Source: Haliotis rufescens
Lineage: Eukaryota
Assembly (NCBI RefSeq): GCF_023055435.1
Contig: NW_025963890.1
Span: forward strand, 6,758,001-6,822,000
DNA length: 64,000 nucleotides
Reading direction: 5' to 3'
The notes under the pieces are model-generated. The model saw nothing but the letters and a program-made list of their open reading frames with translations. It made no database searches and had not been told where the DNA came from. A program made the position numbers and the translations under genes. Shown here piece after piece: positions 24,071 through 37,899 of the stretch; within the stretch, counting starts at the first letter, position 1; each line of letters starts with the position of its first letter.

Positions 24071-27000
24071 CGTCATAGAAGGAGACATCTAGATTCATCT
24101 GCATACTGCACACAGACGTGCTATTTTAGCTCAAACATTGTGTTTTTATCAAAATATTTTTTTTTGTAACTGGAATAATAGTTTACTGGAACAATATTTA
24201 ATCATTATCAAATTGTGTATTATTCCCTTATCATTTATTAATGTGAGCGACTGCCTCACGTTCCAGAACATTATTTGTGAAAAATGTAACAACTTTTTAT
24301 ATGTCAGAGAATGCTCCTATTAAGGCAAATGGGCCTTAGTTCCCGTTCTGTGCATGGCGTACATTGGGTATCATTATTCACCTTCTAATTTTACCTAAAG
24401 TGCACCACTAGCAAAACAAGTCGATGAAACATTTACGCTTCAGTTTATGCTAACAGAGCAGAATTTCTGCCACAATAAGTGTGTATGATGATCGCTGCCA
24501 TCTATACGTCTTAATTACTTCAGGGACACGAAGAGTAGAAGCAGTTAACTAATGCTTTAAAAGCTTTTAGATATCGCTTCAAGGACGCGACTGACACTTC
24601 GTTGTTAACTACTTCTAGAACTTAACAAAGTCATTATGTTTTGTAATGGAGTTATAGTTTTTCAAATAATCCGATCCACAGGTTCACAAACTGTGGGAGA
24701 GGCATGCAAATGCGAAAGGCATGTTTGTGGTGGTTTAATGTGTATAGAGTTATGAGCCATGAATAATGGCCAACATTACGAACTGTTCTTAGCTGAGCAG
24801 TTAGTGTCGTTTCGTAATGTTTGATCAATTTTACGTCATTCATATGTCTCGCGTCTTATGTTTGCACCTGTCCTTTTATGAAAGCAAAAACCAGAAACGT
24901 GTCATGGTTATTTTTTCAAACATACGACATCGTATGCTGTATGTTATGTTTGCTGGCATTATTTTAGTATGACTTAGTTACCTGCAACAACTACCTTGGT
25001 TATCACGTGGTAAAGGGAGATCAAACTCCACGAACTGGTCCGCATTTCGGCCTTGACGTAATTAGTATCATCTTTAAATTGCGACGTCGTCCCTGTTTAT
25101 GTGTGGTTATTTGTTGTCTGTTATATTTATGATATAAATAATACTATATAACTCAAATATAATCTAGCTTACCAGACACACAGTTATTATGTGACAGGCC
25201 ATGGGAGCCGTGCCAAGTTACACATATCAGAGGGGTAAATAAAGTACCTGATCCAGACTACTAGTTGTCGGAGTTCCATTTTTGGTTTGGCCCCTAACTT
25301 TGTGTGCGTTACTCTGAGCGTGTGGGTTCGAATCCCGGATTGGACTCAACCCAACAAAGTACTAGAATTTGTATTTTACTAACAAAGCACAATCTCAAAT
25401 ATAACATATGTTTCATTTGACCACTTTCTAAAAAGGCATTGTCTGTTCACATATAACGGTGTTTGAACTATTTAGCTTGCTAGGACAGATAGTTTGGCTG
25501 ATCCTGGTTCACCTTCAATGGAAAGTATAATTAAATAACATGAAAACAGTCGCGGAGCGTGAACCATCACCGGTACTACCATGTAAGTAAACCCAGCTGA
25601 TTAGATCTCATTTTTATTATCCTAATAGTCAATTTCACGCTCGTTTGCCGCTCTTAACGCACTCTCACGTAAGACCAGGGTAGATGTCAGATACTTATTA
25701 CATCACCAAGGACATTTGAGCCCATCTAGGACACAATTATCCGTTTTCAAGGTAACACTTCGTGGTTGATTGTTGTCAATGACTTTGGCTGGCATGTCGG
25801 TTCTCATCAGCTTAGCAAATAAAATCAATTTTAGAGAACGGAAGCTAGAAAATAGTGCGATGGTCCCCATCTTGTTGCGTAAAGCTAGTCCCTAATTGTA
25901 CGGTGGCTAACAATGCTTCTTTGTATGTTGAACGCAGCGGATTAATTGCGTTTGTTTGGCAATGGTTGGGCAAACACGTTCTTAACACATCCTTGGTTTA
26001 CTTGCGCCTTGGAGCGAAATCTACTTTGATATTGCTTAACAGAGCAAAGTCAGCGTGTTAGATTGACGCTTAGATGTGTGTCCAATTGTCTTCAAAAGGT
26101 TCCCCGTGTCATGTCAAATGTTGTACTTTACAAGAGGTGGTTGCTTTTCATTTTTACAGCTTTCTTTAAAACAGTCTTTCTTAAATTCGTATAGGACGAT
26201 GTTGGACAAATGTCGGACATATTGCTATTACGAATCCAAATTATGTTACACAGTTCTTATCATGGAAGAATGATAATCAAGACATGTTTTCAAAGTATCT
26301 GTAAAACATAAAGTTTTAGGTCCACTGAATTTCGTTAAATGTAGATTTGACCATATACATCGAACAATTCAGTTCAGCAAGGTTGCATGTGTTACCAGTT
26401 CAACGTTTTCTTTATGATTTATCAAAATAAACATCATGTCTCCAGATATTATCAGAGAAAGGCCCCTAGGCATATAGGGAGACCTTCTATCTTTTTTTGG
26501 CGGTTAACGTTTGCGTGTAACAAGAATGCACATGCATCATTGGGTTAGGTAGGTCTAGAGAGATATTTTGGGAAAGTATAAGTGTATATACACCGAGGTT
26601 ATATATATTTAATGATACTGAGTGGTGCTTCTGAATGGGTGGTGACGCGACGCATGAGTATGCATTTTTTACCTACAGCGAAGTATTTCATCCCGAGGGT
26701 GCCTTTTGATGGGGGAATTGTGAGATGCATGGTATGTAATTTACAGCCACAGATATATAAGTATATGACCTTCGGAAAAACAGATTCAAGATACTGAAAT
26801 ACCAAGATAAAAGGTACAAGAAGTTTAATGTGTTGGAGGGCTGATGAAACAACATTAATGTGTTACCTATCAACACTGGTCTATAAAGTGTTACATGCAT
26901 ATGTTACGAATATAAAAGCCAAAGTGTGTGTATTTATAAAAAAAACCCTCTGTTTTTCTTTCAAAGTCGTCATTGTTTTCCAATTTGTAACAAAGGTATG

Positions 27001-27870
27001 CTAAAAGCACACTCAGACACAGCAAATTTGATCTTTCTGATATCTTTCTATGGATACCGTTTAAACTCTTTCAATAACAAGTGACCACTGATCTAACCAC
27101 AGAGATAAACCTAGCCTGTCTTAACACATATCCGCCACCTTGTGGCCGTCCTGTCCTAGGGCCGTTATATCAGTATGTCAATATCATCTCGTGTTTTGCT
27201 TGTGGCTTACGAGGTCAGTCGGTGACGGGAGAATGACAGGTGGTATGCAGGGAGGTATGCTGGCTCCCACTGTATTTATGCTAATTGTCTACTTTTGTGT
27301 TTTACAACAACAAAACATTTGAGACATGTCGTGATGTGGTACTGGTTTGGTCATTTGTCATTTGTTCCCGTCATTGTGTTTGGGTTCTCAAAGAACTTCG
27401 TGTATTGTTGATTTTTCGTTGCCATTGATTCAAACATATTGAACCACTTTGTAACACAGTACAGACAGATGGGTTGTGTGGCGTGTAAGGACACAGATTT
27501 GGTTACAAATTGTTAAGCACCTGTTATTACATGTATGCTGTAAAATTGCCCATGAATGAACATATTGGCATTTTTGTAACTGGAGCGCTTTATTGTTATA
27601 TACACCGTATGTATTAGTTGCATGAGTCTAGTTACGCGAATATATACACCTTTCTTTCTGATGTGCGCACTGTTATGATTTGCTTCCATGTTTTAGCATC
27701 AATTATATAAATAATCACCTGTAACTACATTCCCAAATTGTTCATTTACCTAAGAACAGAGACAAAAAGACAGTCATGTTTTTCACCTGACACGGATGCA
27801 ACCATCTATGAAAGTATATTACACCCGTATTGAATCTAAACCACATCTATACCTTTTACCCGATAAATAG

Positions 27871-28031
27871 TGAGTGAGTACGGTTTTACGCCGCTTTTAA
27901 TAATATTCCAGCAATATCACGGCGGGGGACACCAGAAATTGGCTTCACACATTGTACCCATGTCGGGAATCGAACCCGGGTCTTCGGCGTGACGAGCGAA
28001 CGCTTTAACCACTAGGCTACCCGACCGCCCC
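27871..28031 (-). mobile_element. SINE family A, full length
   Basis: Intact A/B boxes; TSD TT(A/G)CCCGATAAATAG at 27856-27870 and 28032-28046. Confidence 0.95.
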
Positions 28032-28949
28032 TTGCCCGATAAATAGGATAAATCTGTAATTCATGTCAGTATTTAGCGAGGAGGTCGTTTTCGTAGCGAT
28101 AAGAGCACAAATGAAAGCTTACATTACGAAATGTTTATGTGTAACACGTTATCTCAACCATGGCGTCTTGGCCACTCTGCCGCCATATTAATCCCAAACT
28201 CTCGCCCCTTTCTTGTTATCTGCACGTAAAAAGGATGACATCTATTGTTTGCAGCCGTATATCTAGAAGTACTTGATTTCCACCATGTAACACTACTTAT
28301 ATACATCATTGTATTTAACTTTCCTTCCTTTAATATATGGTTTAGTATGGTCAACCGATTTGAATTGGAGTAAACAGGTACAGATTACGATTCTTGTTAT
28401 AAAGTAATTGTAAATGATTTTACCCCATATGGAGGCCTAGAAATGTGGAGAAATATAAATGCCATTGATATTTTACTTATGGACTTATGACGTCGATATA
28501 CGGTTATGAAATGCAATGACGCTGAGTATGTAAGTGTGTATGTCCTATCAACCCATCATAGATCAACGCTGATGCAAACATGTAGTCACGACCGCAGGGT
28601 ACCCACCCTTGTAATGTTACTCTTTGAGAGCCCTGCTTCATATCTCAAATAGGCTATGTCGCTAAATGGTAGAATTATTTCTTTGGTAATGCATACACAC
28701 CTACAGCTGATATTAATCTTCATTCTGTTACCCTTGATTTACCAAATGCTTTCATACTAGGAACACACTGAACGTGAGAGTGGATTTCATATTTATGTTA
28801 GCATTAATGTAAAGTAGGCCACGAATAAACATTTGGACTTCTTCAAAGCAGATTTTTCACTTCTCTACCAGACACATTCTATGATTAAATAGACACCCTG
28901 TTGTATATACTTTTTTATATACCAGTCTTACGCGGAAGACGTCTAATAT

Positions 28950-29640
28950 TGACATTGTGTGTAACGCCTATTGACACTGTCATGTTATTGCCCACCGAAT
29001 CCCAAATTTCATAACAAACTGCCATTGAGGGTACGAAATTCCATTCAGATTGCCATGTTCGGGGAATTTACAAAGCCTATTTGTCGATATGCCATCAATA
29101 ATTGCCCTCCCTGGAGGCTATAAATTCCCCATCGCTCGAAGATCCTCAAACGCATACGGCCACAAATGACCCTTTTCATAAAACTGGATTGGAGTGATCC
29201 TTGAGCCTGTTTGTCCCTCCACTAGTAGGCAGCCCTTACCGACAGTAGGCTACCCAAGGCAAACACAGAAGTGTGTGTTCAGGAGGCCCCGTTGACAACG
29301 TCCAGAGGAACTAAAGGAACATGAATGTAGATGTGTGTTTGGACAAAGTATTTCTTATAATGGATGAGGCGGTATAATGATAGTATTGTTTGATCCCTGC
29401 CACGTGCTGGGCGACGCACGAGGGTGGCAGTAGTCTGTAACTTCAGGAAGATGGATGGGGACACGCCCCCTCCTCATCGCATTCTCAGACATCGATATGG
29501 GTAAAGCTATGTATGAAGTTGTCAACTTCACAAGCCTAGTATTAAGCATTAAGGGGGTATTGATCCCTACATCAAACATCAATAAGTTAGGGTCACTGCT
29601 TGAAGGAGATTTACATCTACCTATAACTAGAACCACTTCA
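28950..29640 (-). mobile_element. Possible fossil 3' end of a LINE ORF2 (CR1/L2-group-like)
   Basis: Frameshifted peptides VIGRCKSPS..LLMFDVG..RL, GRVPIHL and LYRLIHYKKYFV loosely resemble the post-RT region of LINE ORF2; weak. Confidence 0.35.
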
Positions 29641-29788
29641 TAGACGTTTATGATTTATTATGACGATTACGGGAATTGACATGTGAACCGCGAAACTACT
29701 ACTTCTACGAGTATATTGCAACTGTAGTGCCATTCAATCAGTATAATCAGTATAATCAGTCACCATACCTTTCCCTACCCTACTATTC

Positions 29789-29860
29789 CCTACTGCACTA
29801 CTGCACTACTGCACTACTGCACTACGCCACGCCACGCCACGCCACGCCACGCCACGCCAC
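29789..29860. repeat. Compound (CACTA/CACTG)n-(CACGC)n microsatellite
   Basis: Visible pentanucleotide repeats. Confidence 0.9.
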
Positions 29861-31084
29861 GCTACTACGACTAATGGTGCTCCTACCGCTGCTCTAACAT
29901 CTGGTATCACCGCAGCTAAGCCTTCGTCCACATTTATTACAAACAATTATAATAGCATATTTTTGTATCAACATTTTCACATTTACTACTACCTCTTCGC
30001 CTACGACCACAATTAGCTACAACTTCAGCTACTTCTGTAGCTAATGTCACTTTCAAACAACCAAGACCTAGCCACATGTCATTCAGTGCTTTATACCTTG
30101 CGAGGTTAAATTTAAAAAGTTTCAGATTTGTTTCTGTGACGTCGTACTGTTAGATTGTTGCTACAGTTGCGGCAGATATTTAGATATCAAATATGTTTTC
30201 CTGTTACAATTTCCATGAAAATTCGAAAAAGTCAAATCGTTTTAACCCTACAAAATGTCTGGGGCAGTCTAGTACGTTGCCATAAGGTTCGCCAGGTACA
30301 TAGTCATGATTCAGTCATGAGAAACGCTGTATATACTTATATCGCTGTTACGGAAAAGCGACGTTCGAGAAGTGAATAATTCAACGTGTTTACTGACGTG
30401 GAAATTACGACTAATATATATTGAGATAAATGGTAAATACGAAACTTGTAAGAAGAACAGGTATATGACATATATAAATATTTCATATTGCTCTCTGTGT
30501 TTCGTGTGTAGACACTCTTGCGTGTAGCGTGCAGAGAGCCAGAGAGCAGGACACCGGTGATTCAAATATCAATATTTAGAAAGACAATTACTCACACATG
30601 TGTATTAACATGTATTTTTATATGTATATATGCTAAAAATTGTACTATACAAGGATAGATTGGGTTCATTAGGAAACAAGAGAATATAATTTGTTATTAA
30701 TTGTGTATTTCCACTTCGCGTTTGTGTGACTGTATAAGCACAACACGAACAGACCTGTGAAATGTAAAATCAGTAGTGTTTGATATTTCATTTTGAAATT
30801 TAAAGTGTAAAGTAAGCTTTCATGTGGATACACACAGAGAAACACCGTGAACTCGAAATGCCAGAACCATCAAATATACATGGCATTATGTGTGCGTGGA
30901 AAGAGGGACTACACCACTCTATATGTTAGCCTGGTGGTTAAATCGTTGCTTCGTGAGATGGTGGCCCCCGTGGTGTTATTGCCGGTGTAAAACCCAACTC
31001 ATTTACTCATATAACGTGTATCTGTTGCACAAAGGTATAAAAATATATTAAAATAGATAAAAATATATAAAAAATGTTTCCGGA

Positions 31085-31487
31085 AATATCATTGCGCGGG
31101 ACACAATATGTGGGTTTCACAAATTGTAACCATGTAGGGAAATGAACCCAGGGCTCTGGCGTGACGAGTGATTGGTTGTTGTTGGTTTGTTGTTTAATAC
31201 CGCACTCAGCAATATTCCAGCTATATGACGGCGGTCTGTAAAATAATGGAGTCTGGACCAGACAATCCAGTGATTGATATCATGAGTATCGATCCACGCA
31301 ATTGGGATCGATGACATGCATCAATCAAGTCAGCGAGCCTGACCACCCGATCCCGTTAGTCGCCTCTTACGACAAGCAAAGTCGCCTTTTACGGCAAGCA
31401 TTGGTTGCTGAAGACCTATTCTACCCCGGATCTTCACGGGTCGCGTGACGAGTGAACGCTTTATCCACTAGGCTACCCCATCAACCC
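31085..31487 (-). mobile_element. Old SINE family A copy split by a family D insertion
   Basis: A-type body 31085-31171 continues at 31443-31487 (GAACGCTTTATCCACTAGGCTACCC). Confidence 0.8.
31172..31442 (-). mobile_element. Family D element, full length, with TSD
   Basis: Perfect 13-bp TSD GCGTGACGAGTGA at 31159-31171 and 31443-31455; 5' end GACCCGTGAAGATCC. Confidence 0.95.
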
Positions 31488-32713
31488 TGAAGGTATATGA
31501 AAGGTGATGTGGCGCCATTACTTTTTATAATGATGACGAGGATCAACATCGCGCGTTGGTTTATCCGATACTTCGACTAACCCAACTTCAAATGAAGTCA
31601 AATGATATATAAAGAAAAAATATGTCGGGAATATGAGAAAAAAAACTAATCCTTAATGATATGTGAAGTAATTCAAGCTCGATTTATTTGTGTTTCACGA
31701 CCGCATTGTTGTAATATTCCTAGATTCTAAGGCGACAACCAAACCGGAGACGGAGGAGCCAAGACACGAACCGGTGTTTGAAGAAGAAGTGTGTAAAAGG
31801 TTCTCTGACTATGCGCAAACATGTACACTGATTACAAGTGTTTAATCAAATGTTAAACTTATTCATGTTTCGGCCTGATTTCATGACCTACATCCACCTC
31901 TCATTATCTGTACGCTAAAATCAACCATGTGATCACTTATGCATTGGCCGTCATCATCGCTGCCGAAGCCAGCTAATCGTGGAGATATACACGTTGTATT
32001 CTGTATCCGTGTGCTTAAGAGGATAGTGTGTCCCGTCAATGTGAGGGGTGCCCTAAAGTTCTGAAGATAAACACTACGAGGGATACACCGATATAAACAA
32101 ATATTTATGAGGTCCCTGAGTCAATTTATGTTGTGTTTAACTCGGCAAATAGACCAGAAAAAGTGACTGAACTCTCCATACACAGTTCAGTTCCTTGTGA
32201 GTGACAAACAGTTGTGATTATATAGAATCATTTAGTGGAAAAATCGGTCAATATTGTCCATATTGTGCACACATTGCCGCCTTGATCTGAACATATATGT
32301 GTAAATGGTTTTGTGGCATATTGAATACCAATTGCCTCCAAGGACATATATTTATGTAAATGGTCTTATAATGCATACATACACACGTCTATAATTCTTC
32401 ATTGGAATGTTTATGACGTGTTGACTATGTGTTGGGTTTCCTTCAAGTACTAATAGTAGAGAAGAGGTGATCAAGCTTGGCTGACTCTGATACCGCGACC
32501 TCAACAATGCCTGGTACCGCATGGGAGCCAGACACACTCTGATGACTGCCCTATTGAATAGGAAAATATGTTTCGTCAGTGGGTCTAAGTTAGCGTCATT
32601 GTGGTTATTTCGTACATAAGCCACACGCCCATGTACATTACCATACAATACAGTACAATTTAATACCATCATAAAAGATACAAAATACCACAAAGTACAG
32701 TCCGGTGCAGTGC

Positions 32714-32773
32714 AATAGAATAGAATAGAATAGAATAGAATAGAATAGAATAGAATAGAATAGAATAGAATAG
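32714..32773. repeat. (AATAG)n microsatellite
   Basis: Perfect pentamer run. Confidence 0.97.
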
Positions 32774-32885
32774 GTAAATGGAATTTATATACCATTTGTT
32801 CCATACAAATGTGAATAAATGCAATATGATGTTTCGTTATCCATTGTGGTGAGATGAGGTGAAATCGGGTGGAAATGACTCCCCT

Positions 32886-33050
32886 GTTTTTAAGGTCAAC
32901 AATTGACTTGCCTTTGCATGTGTTTTGTGACGGGTGCCACAGGTGGGGCAGGATATGCTCACCTCTTCGCGAACACCTGGTATCATCACTGTATATTGAT
33001 TCAAAGACACATGCTCATGATATAGTCGGAATCGTAAAATGGACTCTTCT
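32886..33050 (+). mobile_element. Dispersed repeat family E (GGGTGCCACAGGTGGGGCAGG...CGCGAACACCTG...GTCGGAATCGT)
   Basis: Homologous copies at 49645-49805(-), 51086-51125(-), 52134-52300(+), 56281-56405(+), 58760-58820(-); class not determined. Confidence 0.8.
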
Positions 33051-36000
33051 TTTAGCTGAGATTTATTATGAATATGAAAATTTCTTTGTGTATATAACGC
33101 CGCGTTCGGGCGATTTTTTTTTATCCATGGAACATGACTACATGAATTAACTGAGGGTAGCTTTATCTGAATAAATATTCGCTGGGAAGGCAATCAAGAC
33201 AGTTTGCAGTCATTGTGACAAATACATATTATACTAATTACCCATTAAACTAAAGGCAATTAGATGTGAAGCACTGTGTTATGTAAAGTTGAAAACCGAT
33301 ATCCATATTCCTACAACCACAACGCGCAACGACCTTGGCCCAACTCACGGGCTTATACGTCTGAAAACAACCCCGAGGACCTCTCATTGGTGATATGTGA
33401 TTCTACTTGTGTTTAAGATGCCAGCTTGTTCCCCTTACACGGATAATGTCTATCACGACACAGGTTAGACCCTTGTACACAAAGACCCCTCTTCACACTG
33501 GTATGATTTCTTAGTGAAATTAGTCAAGTGAATCTCCCATCACAGGATGAATAGACGATCAGGTGACCCCGTGCCCATTTATCATACAAAAGGTAGTTTA
33601 ATAAGATTCACGATCCTAACGGGTGACACTCTTATGTACGGTTTACCTATCGTAAAGCATCCTTTAGCATTGCAGATCCGATATCATCTGTCCATCGTGC
33701 CCATGAAATAATGGTTTAGCGGGTGCTGGATTTGTATCATACGTAATAACTTACGTAACCCGACCAGGGTAGCGAGACTATGTCTTTATATGATGTTATT
33801 CTAAAGTTTATAATGGCGCGGTTAAGTGGTTCTTAAATTCTGTAATGGTTAACGTATCTTCCTTATTGCTTTGGGTATTGTAGCGTCTGTGACATTAAAT
33901 TCTACGATCTTCTCTCATGCCTACATATACATTCTTCTCCTTTGTTAAAATGATGCAATTATAGTAAACACACCAAACGTACCGAGAGTCATTATTTTGT
34001 CGTAATGTCTGGACATATTTTACAAGAGTTTCTGAACAATACATAAATGTATTTCTCTTGTATTGAACAATGCTGTTGTTATTTGATAAAATTCTTATGT
34101 AGGAGAGTACGAGTACTTTGTCAACATTCTATAAGAAAGAAAGATGATAGATATACACAAACAAGCTCGGGTGGGTTCCTGACTGACAGGAATTTCAAAT
34201 ATGTAAAGAATGTAACTATATTGTATTCATGTCTCATGTGGTTGGTATATTCACAGTCCTTAACTTTCATATTGTCTTCCGAAATATGATTTTGAAACTA
34301 TATAAAAAGTGTTGCATTATTTCAGAACAAAATAAATGATAATTTAAACACGGATTGTGCTTTCTCTCTTCAACAGAAGTCAATGTAGTCACTTGAATTC
34401 AAATCTATATTTACCTCAAGCTTTACAGCTTATCAGTATATAAATCTACTGTTGAAAAATGTAATAATGCCTTGTGTAGGGTATGTAGTAATAAATAAGA
34501 ATATGTCACGAGTTCCAGATGGAAAATACACATACTTAATTAACTCACATGTGGACTTACTTGATGATACAGAAACATTCCTAAGTTACATAACTGCTTT
34601 ACATTCTGTTACATTAATTAGTAATTGAACAATTTTGGATTTTGTGTTTTTTGCCAAAAGTATATTTTTTTCTAATTTCCAAATATAATCAACACTGTCA
34701 AACGTCCCTGGCCGATAGCAATCATCGGTTAAGGAATACTGTTTCACTTCGCCAAAGCCCAATCTGTAATGAGAGAATGGAAATACCACTACACTCCCAA
34801 TCATAACGTTTGCATCACGCCAACATAGGTTCTCCTTACAAATGTGTGTTAACATTGTGCAAGAGATTAAAATCACAACCTTAAGGTTGCGTTAAGAACA
34901 CGTGTTTTGATCATTTCGTTAAGTTATCAAACACGTACACTGCTCAAAAAAATTATGATATTTGACCCTGGTATTGGGGACAATATTCTTGATTTTATCA
35001 GTGGACACGCTTGTTGGGGAATGTGGTTTGGTACCTTTGTACTTTGCACTGACACCCGCAGGTGTCATTAATCGTGTTGTGATTGTCGCGAAGTTCCTTA
35101 CGAATGTGATAAATGTGGCGAACACTATGTCAAGAATATTTATATGTGTGTGTGCGTGTGCATGAACGTATATCTCTGTGTTGGTGTGGGTGTATGTGTG
35201 TGTATGTATGTATGTATGTATGTACATTCTTCATAAACTACAATGCACGTACAATAATAACGCTTAAATATACCAACACTGCACGCGCATACTCCAACTG
35301 CAAATACCAGCACACACTGATAGATGAGAATTGTGTGGTGGACACGAAGGTTGGCCATTTTGTAAATTATTTATCGTTATAACCTCCCGTCTTTAAGCAT
35401 TAGACGGGCACTTATAATTTGGCAATAAATAAATAAAGACACAAGTCACGGTGGCTAATTAACAGCCACACAAATAGATTAACTTCCTGGAGATTTATGT
35501 GATCATTTAATGCTTTTACGATGATGGTCGTATCTTTAGCAATAATCGTATCTTTATAATCGTTAATATCAAAGTAGTAATGATTTAAATGTGCTCTGGG
35601 TGAATGAACCTAAGCAAATGGTCTGGACACAGTTAGGTTAGATAGGATCATGCTATTACAATGTCGTTTACATCTGTTATGAAGTTCAATTTCGCGAAAA
35701 CCTAATTTTCAGTGGTCCGTTCATATACGTTTCACCACTGTTTTGTCTTTTACGCCAAAAGGAATCTTTTCGGCGGATACTCGAGACTCGTTTTATTTCA
35801 TATTTTCCACAGCTTTGTCTAGATATTGTTTCGTATAATCATAACACAGAAGATCATTCATAATATTTTACTCTATGAAAATAAAATCCGATATCTTCTG
35901 TAAGTGTAAAATGTAGGGTCGGCGAGACCTTCTGACAAAACAAATGCGCGTCCTTGTTTAGATTTGACAATGTAAGGAGTAATGTGATAGATGTGCTATC

Positions 36001-37899
36001 AAAGCCACACTGACACCATAAATCACATGCTAACGTGTTTGTATAACAACTGCTGCTTAATGCATGAAAAACGAAAGTTTACTTATATTTTTTTATGAAA
36101 TCCGCCCCTGGTCTGTTATTGTAAAGAAACATTGGTATCGACAATGATGTATTATTGTATCGTATTGCTCGGCGAGGTTAGCGTAACCTTGACTCAGACT
36201 GTACGTGTTCGCCATGTTGTTACAGATGAGTATCAAGGCGCAACACAAAGGAATCGTGTACGACGTGTAACAGGTTTTATGTGGGTAGATCAAGTGACAA
36301 GGCCATATCCGTGTGCTAACGTTCCTGTTGAAATATATCAATTTCATCTGGACTGTAGTGTGCACATATGATATGATTCAAAGCGTCGTATTAGGAGGCA
36401 GACCACAAAACTAGCCCGTGGCATGACTCATATTTGCATCGTGTATTGAAGGCGTTTATTTCCGAAACCGTAATTAAGAGATAAAGATCCTATGTTTTCA
36501 GACTTGCGGGTGTCATGAGTATTTTATGCGTTAGAAATGAAAAAGTAAGCGTCGAATACTCAGTATCAAGCGAAAATCACTTTATTTTAGAAGTAACATT
36601 ATATACATACGTTATGCTATGACGTCATGATATATGGCTACGGCCATAATGTATGTTACCGTTATAACTGAATCCGCCCTGTCAGCAGAAAGTGGGGAAC
36701 AATTAACCCAAATGAGGTTAAATATTGATCTTACTTATTATTTTATGAATGCGGTACCCATTCCACCAAAGCGAAAGAGGTGCATTTTTTCCAAATTTGG
36801 ACATTAAACGACAGATTTTCAGGTTTTAAATGGCAGATTTTTCAACCAATCAGATTTCAGCACACACTTTTACTCGTTTAACACCTGTATACAATGCAAA
36901 CATGCACACCTATACTTACGTCAATAAAAGTATTCTTAGTGCAAACCTACATTTACTCCTGTTCATATATCACCTGAACACCCAACCCTTGTATGTCACC
37001 AGACAATTGTAAAAGAAGTATATATACCAATGTTTGATGGTGATTAAAACGAAACAAACACGTAATGGTTATTCAATAGGGATGTGGGTATCATAGGCGA
37101 TATTACACGCATCATATCAATGAATATCTCACAACAGGGGTCAGCATAGTAACGGTTTGATAACATTTGTAATTTTTTGGCCAAATCCAATTTTAGACTT
37201 TCACAGTCCTTATCACATTTTCATTTTCTCCAGTTTACTCTTGATGAAAGTAAATGGCTACATTTACTTGCGCGCGTGAACGACCACCTCAAGGTTTATA
37301 GCGTATTTTATAGCTGTACACTAAACATCGGTTGGCGTCAAGCCTTCTGAAAGTACATATGCTAAGGGTTTTCTATGAATCATTCTTCATGTCACCATAT
37401 ATTACTTTATGATCTACCAAAGGTTAAAGCGCTACGCTAGACCATCTATAATACACTATAGACATATATACTCCGAGCATTGTATTTGATAGATGAGGTA
37501 TGCATACTGGCCATGTAATGTATATGCCTACAATGATGTAAGGAGTTCGAGGACAGTTGTACTTATAGCATGGTAAACCTCTTGAACATGAAATTACATG
37601 TATCACATAATTATGTATAAAGTATAATAATGGTCGGGGTATTACTATGAAATGGACAAACCGTATAACAACCAGTGTAGGAGAAATTTAAAGGGGGCTA
37701 GTCTCGGGATATTTGGCAGTCCGAACAAATTTGATTCAAGTCGATCAAACACCATTTTGTCCGTTAGTTCAAATTATTTGAGGTATATCAACAAATAAAG
37801 ACTACTTGACTACAAAGTCTTTGTTTTACACATGCTGTTAATTGCCATGCTGAGAACTCGGCCGAAATTAACACTAGAATACCGAGCATAGACCCTCTT

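Noticed and set aside
25290-25352. tRNA-Leu/Ser-like fragment (GCGTGTGGGTTCGAATCCCGG)
   Set aside because: Only a B box is recognisable, with no cloverleaf; probably another SINE remnant.
31340-31442. Canonical HDV-like, hammerhead or twister ribozyme in family D
   Set aside because: Could not fit the P1/P2 nesting, the CUGAUGA/GAAA core or the twister consensus; kept only as an unclassified structure.
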